A stretch of DNA of 61,130 nt, filler included, from Nemertoderma westbladi (Eukaryota > Animalia > Xenacoelomorpha), in NCBI GenBank assembly GCA_032718475.1. It is 3 parts of 3 records of this genome, joined end to end, with 100 filler letters (N's around TTAATTAATTAA, not from the genome) between each part and the next. Parts side by side here need not be neighbours in the genome. Positions count along the whole stretch, not along the records: positions 1 to 19,414 come from JAUCBJ010008309.1; positions 19,515 to 48,579 come from JAUCBJ010002361.1; 1 more part is not named here. One strand, given 5' to 3'. This document shows, piece after piece, positions 10,901-21,008 of this stretch (the first letter of the stretch is position 1; every line of letters begins with the position of its first letter). The notes under the pieces are model-generated. The model had not been told where the DNA came from, ran no database searches, and saw only the letters and a list, made by a program, of their open reading frames with translations. A program made the position numbers and the translations under genes.

Positions 10901-11827
10901 ATGTCGTCCAACCATAACGATTCATTTAGGAAGTGGATTAACGAGGAAGGGACGGATGGATACCGTCCGGAGAGTGGTCGGTACCATCTCTATGTTGCCC
11001 TATCATGCCCCTTTGCCCAGCGGGCTCTCATAACACAAACATTAAAAGGACTGGAGGATGTGATTTCTGTTGATATTGTCCACCCACAGTTGGGTGAGTC
11101 GGGATGGAGTTTCGATGAAACCTTATCGGGTTGCTCCAAAGATTCCCTGCACCCGGGAAGGAAACTACTGCGAGATACTTATATGGAATCCAATCCGGGT
11201 TACACCGGTAGAATCACCGTTCCGGTGCTATTCGATAAAGTAACGAACACAATAGTGAACAATGAGAGTGCCGATATTATCCGCATACTCAACTCAGAGT
11301 TCAATAAGTTCTCAAAATCCCCGGAACAAGCTGACATTGATGTGTACCCACAGGGTTTAAGGGCTCAAATTGATGATATGAATGAGTGGACCCGTGATAT
11401 TGTCTATGGTATTTATAGAGCTGGACTTGCGAAGACCCAGGATGCCTATGAGGCGGCAGCAAAGCAACTGTTTGCCGCGCTGGATCGCGTGGAAGAAATA
11501 CTAAAGAATAGCCGATACGTTTTTGGGGAGAGCATAACTGAGGTGGATATTAGATTGTTCGTTGTGCTCGTTCGGTTTGATACGGTTTACAACGTGTTGT
11601 GTAAGTGTAACTTGAGGAGAATTTCGGATTATCCAAATATGTGGAATTATGTAAAGGATTTGTACCAAACAAAGGGTTTTGGGGATTCTATTGATATGGG
11701 TCATGTTAAGCTAACCTATTTCGCATCCCCTTTTTATAAATCTATAAATCCCCATCTTATAATCCCAATTGGCCCAGAGATCGATTTTTCATCGCCTCAC
11801 AACAGAAACTCACTGTTGCTACACTAG
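10901..11827 (+). CDS. Glutathionyl-hydroquinone reductase (Xi-class/omega-like GST, YqjG/ECM4 family), single coding exon
   Basis: GRYHLYVALSCPFAQR active-site motif, RITVPVLFDK, IVNNESADII, LVRFDTVY, INPHLIIPIGP; intact 308 aa ORF. Confidence 0.92.
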   Translation: MSSNHNDSFRKWINEEGTDGYRPESGRYHLYVALSCPFAQRALITQTLKGLEDVISVDIVHPQLGESGWSFDETLSGCSKDSLHPGRKLLRDTYMESNPGYTGRITVPVLFDKVTNTIVNNESADIIRILNSEFNKFSKSPEQADIDVYPQGLRAQIDDMNEWTRDIVYGIYRAGLAKTQDAYEAAAKQLFAALDRVEEILKNSRYVFGESITEVDIRLFVVLVRFDTVYNVLCKCNLRRISDYPNMWNYVKDLYQTKGFGDSIDMGHVKLTYFASPFYKSINPHLIIPIGPEIDFSSPHNRNSLLLH

Positions 11828-12269
11828 TAATAGTTTAAATAGCCGCGGATATCCTGCCCTGCCTGCACCACATGAATAATCGTAAATGATGAGAAAATCT
11901 GGGTTAAACTCAAAACAAACTATATAGTATGTATGTAAGCATAATTATCATGTAATATCATTTTACTAATTTACTTTATGGTATTTAGGCTACCATTAAT
12001 GATCAGGACTCAGTTTTGATTTTGTAACTAAAACACTAAACCAATCAGTTTCAAATATATTTTTTTAGATATGTATCTCTTGTGGCTAAGGTTATAGAAC
12101 AGAATGGGACATAATATAACAAAACAATAATACAACAAACATTTTTGATATAGTTCCCGTCGATTGTTAGTGTATTTTTAGTATTAGTGTAATTTTAAGA
12201 TAAAATAAAAAAAATTTCATAAGGGAAAAAGTGGTTGCTGGTCCTTCTGGCAGGATGCTTGAATAGTGC

Positions 12270-12368
12270 ATGTAACATCCGCATGCCATGGGTGCGGATG
12301 CGAATGCGAAAAATCATGCGGATATCCGCGGATGCGAATGCGGATGCGGATATTCGCCACATCCCTAC
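12270..12368. mobile_element. One end of a hAT-like MITE (gcggat/gcgaat subterminal repeats)
   Basis: Ends ...attcgccacatcccta (TAGGGATG on the minus strand) with tandem gcggat hexamers; the other end was not found. Confidence 0.45.
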
Positions 12369-12468
12369 TAATTAACATAATTTATGCAAAAAAATTTAAA
12401 ATGCAAACGCTCTTGGAGGGATGGTAATGCTCAGAATTTCACAATTTGTGCAGAATAATGGCATGCGA

Positions 12469-12554
12469 AATTTTTGAACAAGAGCATTTATCAAAATTCT
12501 GGTCATATGGTCGTCTTTGACCAGAATTTTGATAAATGCTCCTGTTCAAAAATT
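12469..12554. repeat. 86-bp hairpin (37-bp stem, one mismatch, 12-nt loop)
   Basis: aatttttgaacaagagcatttatcaaaattctggtca / tgaccagaattttgataaatgctcctgttcaaaaatt. Confidence 0.9.
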
Positions 12555-12555
12555 A

Positions 12556-13028
12556 TCGTATTTACTCGAATAAGAGCCTGGGCGGCTGGGCGTTTAAGTT
12601 TATAAATTGCCAATTGGAGAGGCGTTTATTCGAGGGGTCGTTTATTCGGGGTAGCGTTTAAGTTCCAAATTATGTGGTTCTAGTGTTTATGTTTATGTTC
12701 TAGATTTTCAGCATTTTGAATCTAATTTTGAATAATTTCTTAAATACAAGAAAACAAGTTAAACAAATGAAATAATTCAAATAAAACCAGGACTATCTTT
12801 ATTACAATGCAGCCTATTACAGCGGTACACATTTACCTTCAGTCTTAACAATCAGTTAACTCTCAAAAATGTTAACGCCCCACATCGTAATATTATTAAA
12901 CGCCGGGGCGTTTGTTCGGGGAAGGCGTTTAAGTTGCTAATTTAGGGGGGCGATAATTCGTGGGGGGCGTTTATTCGAGGGGGGGGGGGGGGGGGGGGGG
13001 GGTCGGGCTCTTATTCGAGTAAATACGG
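12556..13028. mobile_element. pogo/Tigger-type MITE
   Basis: ta|TCGTATTTACTCGAATAAGAGCC ... GGCTCTTATTCGAGTAAATACGG|ta; internal ggcgtttattcg repeats. Confidence 0.85.
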
Positions 13029-13404
13029 TATTTTAAAAGAAAGCGGATTTTTTGCAATATTTTGACAGATTTTCAATTTTTGACCAAAGGTTGACACATT
13101 TTGTTAAATATTTCAGTTGCAACAAAGAAAAATAAAAAAAAATAGTCAGTGGTGTTAATAGCATCACCCCAGTCATCATCATTCATGCCAAATTTTACAC
13201 GAATTCGTTCATTTTTGGAAAAGTCTGCATTTTGAAATTTAAAATTTGCATTCTTCAGAAAATAAATTTAAAGTTTACAGTAAGGGTAATTTCATTATAA
13301 AGTCTGACCATTGAAATGTTGGAATGCACACAACCTAGCTGAAAATTTTGTTAGGTCAAGGGTTTTCCGGGTCGGTGATTTCATTTTCTAAGTCAATTTT
13401 CTCA

Positions 13405-13680
13405 TTTAAGGAGCTAAGGAGGTTGGATTGCATATAAATGCTACCAAGACCGAATTCATGACCTTTAATGTTGATGGAAACTTGACAACCATTGATAATA
13501 ATATACTAAGGAAGGTCAATGACTTCCAGTACCTTGGATCATGGATAGAGAGTAGCAAAAAGGACATAGAAGTTAGGAAAGCAAAGGCTTGGGTAGCTCT
13601 ATCAAAAATGGATACCATCTGGAAATCAGATCTCTCCAGCCACCTGAAGACTAAGTTCTTTCGAGCCACAGTGGAAAGAA
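13405..13680 (+). mobile_element. RTE-group LINE reverse transcriptase fragment
   Basis: GLHINATKTEFM...VNDFQYLGSWI...RKAKAW...KFFRATVE. Confidence 0.8.
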
Positions 13681-13718
13681 AATTCGATTAACATAATATA
13701 TTGAATTATAGTATTAAG

Positions 13719-14397
13719 TGTAAACAGAACATATAATAATTCTACCAAGGGGTAGAATAAATAAACGATTGCACAGATATAGAATTATATTCCCTAAATG
13801 CCGTGGATTTTCAAAATTTTATTTTATTCGAATTAACTTTGTAAAGATTGCTTTGAGTTCTCATTAGTATTGGTTCTATCTATTGTGTATCTATCGGTCA
13901 AGTGGTTCAGTAGCTCAGTTGGTAGAGCGTTGGAAATTATATGTGTAGTAGGTATCGAGTTCGAATCCTAGTAAGTGCGAATTATTTTTTGTGCAGAATT
14001 TCAACTCATTTAAATTAACCGCTACAAATTAATTGCATTTGTCTGTACCAATAAGGCTGTAGTTATTTGATTGTAACCAATGTCGTGCAAGTTATATATT
14101 AGCTGGACCAATAAGCTATCTTTAAAACCTTGTTAGAACCCATAGAACAATCGAGAATTTTCTCGATTGATTGCAGCACAAATTTAGTATATAAAGGTGC
14201 GATTCGTTCATTAGTTATCAATCACATTCTATCTATCATTCAATCTTATATCTCAATCTTTCTCAGATTATCTTATCAATATTCTGTCGTGCTTAGTTTA
14301 TTCTCAGATTACATTGTATTATAATTGTGTCTTCTGTAATAAAGTCAGAATATTCTCTCAGCTTTTCTGTTTTACTATGAATTCACTACGGTGAACA
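13719..14397 (+). repeat. Candidate 5' LTR of the BEL/Pao element
   Basis: Starts TGTAAAC, ends GTGAACA; CCAAT at ~14048, ~14077, ~14108, TATATAAA at ~14188, AATAAA at 14338. No second LTR in the contig to confirm; an alternative start is TGTT at 14131. Confidence 0.45.
13904..13978 (+). other. tRNA-like Pol III A/B box module (not a functional tRNA)
   Basis: TAGCTCAGTTGGTAGAGC D-arm and GAGTTCGAATCC T-loop; anticodon arm and acceptor stem do not pair well. Confidence 0.7.
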
Positions 14398-16521
14398 AAC
14401 TCAGGGACAGGATGGCCGGCTAGAGATCGGGCCGCAGCAATGAACGGGAACATCACGGGAATGTAGACGAGAGACAACCCACAATACCATTTAGAGTTAT
14501 TCGCCCATCGCCTGAAAGGTTAGACAGCGTTCGATCCTTGCTACCTAAGTGTAAGACCAAAAGATCAAAAGGTAGACGTAGTGACACGCTGCAAGCCTAA
14601 AATTACATCATAGGGACTGTACTGTCTTGATTCAGGAAAACCCACAGTAGACCTTCACATTCCTACGGGGGGGGGAGAGCAGGCAGATACTAGTACGCAG
14701 ATAGGACGTAGGCACACCGGTACAAGGCATACACATTGGTTAGGGTGCAGCAAACTGTACGCTTAACTCTTGCTAAGTACAGGTGTGTGTGCGACTATTT
14801 GCAGTACGACAGTGTCCATTACATCAGAACTTGTAGGCTAGGGGGTTGCTGTGTTTTCACCTGAATTGGGATTGTACCGTTCAGGCGGTAGGGCAGTTTA
14901 CACTAGGCGCAAATAAATTGAGGCTATCAGGGATATACTAACATCTACCGTGTCCCCGCCAACGCCCTAATAGGAAGTTACCCGGACTACCTGGGTGACT
15001 AAAATTCTAGATAGGAGCCAGGATAGCTATTAGTACCCGTACGCCTACAGTAGTAAACTAACACATCTCTTCTTAGTATCAGGGACCTGGTACCTAAAAT
15101 TGCCGAATTCTGGGCGTAGTATTAACCTTATGCCTGAATTTGAGTCCTGGAAATACGCAAGAGGGGAAGGAACCTTATCATTCGTGAGTATTGGACCTAC
15201 AAGTTATAAAATTAGAATATTCGTAAAATGCACACCGTACCCAGTAATTATATATGTGAAGGAGCAAAACTGTTTTGACCGATCAGAATTAACACACGCG
15301 CGTTAGAAATTATTTACACCTCGAAATATATAAAATTAACTTTGTCCGTACTGTGCTTTGCCCGCTAGTTAGACATCTCCAAATCTGCTCTATACCTAGC
15401 TAGCGTCCCTTTGCCCAACCATATAAATCACACCGCGGCAAAGTATACGAGCCCCTTAGTCCGTCAGTGAGTCAGCCTGATTTTAGGATTCGCTGCGCGG
15501 GATTTTGTTTCATCGAAGTTTGTCTGCTCGTAGACTGTTTTCTGCCTCACCGGTTATAAGAGATCGATACTGCAATATATTCGCTTACTTAGGGTTTACT
15601 GTTTTGGTGAGAAGGTCGGATTTATGATTTGATTTACAAACTTTACAGTAGGATATTGCAGGTATTGTTACCGTCTCTTCCGATAGTAGGAATAGGCGTA
15701 TCTCTTCAATTAGTAGGAATGTGTTTTACTGAACTACGGTTCGGTAGGACTAAAGTTATTTGAAAATTTTGTATTTTGAGGTAAAAATTTGTATTTGATT
15801 AGCTAAGTGCTAATTTTTTGAAATAAAATTTGATTTGAACCGCGTGTAAAATATTTTTGGAATTGAATACCGGTGTTTAAAAGGGTTTAAATACCATATT
15901 GTACCGGTACAAAAATTTTTCGTAAAGTAAAACCTAACTCTTTTGTTTTTCAGGATTCAGAACTCATTTCTAGACTGTAACGGGAGCAAGACCGTGTTTA
16001 GCAAGTTTGGGAGATAGATAACTCAACAACTTTGGTTGGGAAAATCGCGTTTCGTCCGCAACGTTAAAAACGGAAAGGTTCACGTTCGGTTTGTATCTGG
16101 GAATCTGTTTTTCTGGAGAATTATTGGAGTGGGTGAGTTCGAAAAGTTGCATAAATAAGTTAGGCATTACCGTATTAGTTAAAATTATTGTGGGTTCCAC
16201 TGTCTCAAGTATTTATGCATTCTGTATGATTTCTTTGTTCATTGCTGAATTAGTCCATATTATTGTATTTAATTTACCTTTTGATAACGCATATCGTTAT
16301 CCGATTTATTTGTTATAAAATTGGCCGCTAGGCTAATTTTATTATATACTTATTCCGTGACATTTATTTGCTGTAAAATTGGCCGTTTAGGCTAATTTTA
16401 TCCATCTGCTATAAAATCGGCCGGTAGGCTAATTTTATAAGACTGTAATTAGTACCGTTTTGTATAAATACGGTAAACTCGATACTTTGACACTCACTTT
16501 ACTTGACTTACAACTACCGAA

Positions 16522-19414
16522 ATGAGTGACAAACAAGACTATACGAAGAATACACAAACTGACTATGACTCGTGTGACGGAGATAAGTCAGCAGCGGAAG
16601 AACAACAGGGGAAGACTCGCGAGCCTACCGAACCTACACCGTGTGCGTCACCGATACATCCAACGGGAGTACCGGATGCCGTAGTACGAGGCGACGGCAG
16701 GACCGAGGACTTTCTAACTGTTCCGCAACCTAGATATAGGGAAACGGAAATGGTAAGTTCAGCAGGAAGCACAGAAAGTGTGGTTAGAAGCGTCGGTGGA
16801 TACATGGCGCATATTACCAGGAGTATTGGAGAAGGCCAACGCATATTAGACGGGTTGACCGCTCCGATGTCTCGATTCGAGTTCTACACCCTCCAGGTTA
16901 GAGTACAGAGTAAAGTATATAAGTCCGTAGATAATCTAGTTGGCCTACAAGATCTAGCTAGACAGAGACAGGACATGGATACTCAACTTAGAATCCTCGA
17001 GAAACTAATGATCACTAGAGAGAAACTGATTCAGTTTAAGTCGACGATTAGACAGATACAACAGGAACAAGCGGACCAGTTGTTAGGTGAGTCAGTTTCG
17101 GACGAATTATTACAACCCGAGGAAGAACAGGAACTGTACCGACTGGATGGACAATTAAAACACCTGACGGACCACTTACGCATGTGCGGCGAAGACGTCG
17201 GAGATTGGGAAACCGTGCCGGAATATACGAGAGAAACTTCACCCGTACGAATTGAATCGGCACCGGGAATACTGGACCAATCGTTGGTAAGTATTCGTAG
17301 CGAAATCTGCGAGGGAAGTATAGTCACGTCAGAAGTTGCTCGACAACAGCAAGAATTCTGCCGACAACGACGAGAAATGGAGGAACAAGCTCAACTTCTA
17401 GTGATGCAGGCAGCAGTAGAGGAAGAGAAGCTACGCGTTGCGAATATAGCAAGAATCTCTCATCTACAGGAACAAGCTGAATTAGAAGCAGCTGAAGTGG
17501 AAAGATTAGAAGTAGACATTGCCCGACAAGCGGCAGCGGCAGCGGCCGAGGTAGAACGACAAGCGGCAGCGGCAGCGGCCGAGGTAGAACGACAAGCGGC
17601 AGCGGCAGCGGCGGCGGCCGAGTTAGAGCGACAAAACGCAGCGGCCGAACTGGAGCGACAAACGGCAGCGGCAGCGGCGGAATTAAAACGAGAAAGGTTA
17701 GTTTCGGAAGCACGGGCCGAAATGAGAACACGGCAAATAAAAGCTCAATCTGCTATACGACAAGCAGAGTTCGAGGCGCAACGACAACAAACGGAACAAC
17801 GAGAGAAGACAGTGAAACTTCATTTCGAACTCGAGAAGAAGGCGAGAGAATTAGCGAACGCCGAGGAAGATTTGGATCAAAAGGCCCGCGATCGATCGAT
17901 GAGATCTCGTGACGGACATGATTTGGACCAGTTAGAGGTAAGACATCGCCAAATTCAGGAACGGAAGAAGGAAGGAAGCGTAGGAGCACCCGGACGGGAA
18001 CGACAATTAGTAAAAGACGTGTGTCAACGATTCCCACAGGTAACTCATATGTTTGCACCGGTTACGACTAAGGAACCTGTTTCGATTGCGGGTAGTAGCG
18101 ATATTTCTCCTATCCATGGTGCGACGGAACACAGGTTTGTTATTCCGGGCGAGTTTACACCGCCAAGAGCAACGTCGTCGCCTATTCCGAAAGTCAAGGT
18201 AAGTAACCCACCGATTACGGATCGTAGTAGTTTATTGACCGGACCTGCGCTACTGACGACAAAACAGGTGAGTCCACCGTCGACACCTAAACCCGTTACA
18301 CACTACGCTTACCCAATGACGTTTCGACCAACAAAGCCTTTGGATTCAAATGCTGTCATTCGCCCACCGTTCAACCAATTTACATCGCAATCTACGACTT
18401 CGAGGAAGACTTGTGAGCCTACCGAACAACGGAGAACAGAGACGCGACCGTTCAACCAGTTTACATCGCAATCTACGACTTCGAGGAAGACTTGTGAGCC
18501 TACCGAACAACGGAGAACAGAGACGCGACCGTTCAACCAGTTTACATCGCAATCTACGACTTCGAGGAAGACTTGTGAGCCTACCGAACAACGAAAGCGA
18601 GACGATGTTCCGAAACGAACCGTTAGAATTCGTACGACGCAACGAACGCGAGCACGTCGACCACCATATCCAGATGATAGTAGTACTTCGAGCGAATCGG
18701 ATTACCCGAAACGCGAGGTATTTAGAACAGGGGCGGCCGATGAATATAAACGCGAGCGTTCAGACAACTCTTTTGCAGACAACCATCCACAGAATACACC
18801 AACACAGAAGGCGTTACAACCAACGGACGCAATTAGTACACAACAGTTCGCCGACATTCTGCGACCAGTTGTCAATAAGTTGGCTCAGATCGAGGAGCGT
18901 CTGGAGGAAGTTCAAACCGACAGTTCGAGAAATTCCGAATTCGAACACAATAGACACCCGAAGGAACCACAAAGACCGGTACCTTCAAACCCCATATCGT
19001 ATCAGGGAAAAGCGCCAAGAAGGGATATCAACCAGTGTACCAACCAAGGACGCGAAACTCTGAACGTTGCTGAGGAGATAGCAAAATTCGCAGCCAGACA
19101 GAGATTGCCGGTACAACAACCACCGAAGTTTTCCGGAAGCTCAAAACACTGGCATACCTTCGTAGACTATATCGAATCCCAGATCGCCGTGTGCGCCTTT
19201 ACATCACGGGAGAAGTTCAATTACCTGCTCCAAACGTTGTCAGGAGAACCTAAACGTTTGGCGGAGACCTTCGTTGGTGTACCGGACGCTTTCGAACTAG
19301 CGTACGATCGTTTGACTTCGATATACGGAGGTACAGTGAGTATGGCCAGGTCAGTAATAGAGGAACTCTGTAAGGGAGGGGCTATCACTAAACCCGTCGA
19401 CTTACTAAAACTGG
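16522..19414 (+). CDS. BEL/Pao LTR retrotransposon Gag(-Pol), N-terminal part, cut by the contig end
   Basis: Open frame of more than 960 codons. Its last ~110 aa (LPVQQPPKFSGSSKHWHTF...EKFNYLLQTLSGEPKRLA...AYDRLTSIYG) match the BEL/Pao Gag capsid region (DUF1759-like). Confidence 0.85.
18367..18592 (+). repeat. 81-nt in-frame tandem repeat (about 2.8 copies) within gag
   Basis: PFNQFTSQSTTSRKTCEPTEQR repeated three times, almost identical at DNA level. Confidence 0.95.
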
Positions 19415-19514
19415 NNNNNNNNNNNNNNNNNNNNNNNNNNNNNNNNNNNNNNNNNNNNTTAATTAATTAANNNNNNNNNNNNNNNNNNNNNNNNNNNNNN
19501 NNNNNNNNNNNNNN
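19415..19514. other. Artificial contig linker
   Basis: N44-TTAATTAATTAA-N44 (stop codons in all six frames). Confidence 0.97.
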
Positions 19515-20951
19515 CTAGTGACGGGCCTAGCGGCCCGATAAGGAACCGACTTTTTATTTTATTAAATAAAAGAGACAACGAGAATTAGTTTAGAACTAAT
19601 AATTATCTAAAAATACAATCATATTTCATACAATAATTATTAATAAATTCGATCTATTATTAGTTGCTCAATTCTAGAACAAAATTGACCTGCAACTAGT
19701 GAAGACCTCGTTTTGGAATTTCGAAAACACGCTGGTGCGATGCGCGATATCGTGTTTAGTTTATAAATTGAAAACTCCATCAGTTCATGTGCAACCAGTA
19801 ATAAGAAATCGCGATAAATGTAATTAAATAAAAATCATTCTAGAAAAATTTTCCTCAAAAAGTATGAAGTCTTGGCATTGGTGACGCGAAACTAGGCTAG
19901 TGAGATTCAGGATATTGTGTTTAATATAAAAATCGAAAACGCTATCGAATTCCGTAAAGGCGTTAATAAAATACTGCAACTTTTTTGAAATTTGTAAAAT
20001 TCTAGAACTAGAAAAAATTAATTTTTGAACGGCGTTGTTTGGGGTTTCGAAACATGGATAGGCTGAAAGAGGACATCGAATTAAGTTGAAAAATGAAAAC
20101 CCCATCGAATTTGGACAAAGCGTTCCGGAGTTATAGCAGATCGAAAAAAATTGACCCCCCCCCCAGTCGCCAAAAATTTACAGTAATTTAAAATTTTGCA
20201 AAAAAACTTTTTTGCGTTATTTTTGATGGCGAATCGATTGGCAGTACTGGCTACGAAAAATTTTTTTTTGAAATTTTTGGTCAGAAAAAAAAACATTGAA
20301 AAAGTTTATTTTTAAAAAGGTTTCATGTCTTTGCCTACTGTATGGTCAGAGAATGATCCAACTCTGTAACTTGGCAATCGCTCAAATCCATTCAGCTGAA
20401 TGGCACAGTAGAGTAAACTAAAGTAAATTCCCTATACAATGTTCTGAAGGGGAGACTGACAGAGAGTAATCCAACAATAAAACATTTTGCAATAATGTTG
20501 GCATTAATGTAGCCAACTCTCTGTGTACGTAACAGTCATTCAGCTTACATTAACAGAGGGAGAAACTTGGTTACTCAACTAGAATGCATTGGGAAGAGTT
20601 GTTCAGCTGAGGCAATAATAGATTTCAAACTAAACCAACCAGTTTATATTTGCTTTGACAGGGCCTAAACAAACAGTATGGGTGTACTGAGTACAATAAT
20701 CTTGGCAACCTCATCGATTTATACTAAGCCTTGTGTAGAAATCCATTACATAAGCCATTTTTCATCAGGACACCAGCTGTTATTGGTGTTATTTTACCAT
20801 TGCGCCTATGGCGTTTTTTCGTTTATGTTTATTTTTCGAGCCCACGGCTCATGGACGAAATAGCCGATCACGCCAGGGACCTTAGAATCCGGTCAGCCAG
20901 CCGCTGTGAAAATTTCAACAAAATCGTTAGAGTAGTTTTGGCTGTAGATCA

Positions 20952-21008
<57 letters not shown>

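Noticed and set aside
13904-13978. Functional tRNA genes here or at 4164, 54485 and 59170
   Set aside because: Only A/B boxes are retained; cloverleaves are incomplete and the context is repeat-derived.
16563-19063. Overlapping alternative-frame and antisense ORFs in gag
   Set aside because: Shadows of a GC-richer repetitive coding sequence, with no independent motifs.
19415-19514. TTAATTAATTAA between N runs (also 48580-48679), and the ORF ends running through it
   Set aside because: Artificial six-frame-stop linker. The gag 'LIN' ending and any gag-to-array linkage are artefacts.
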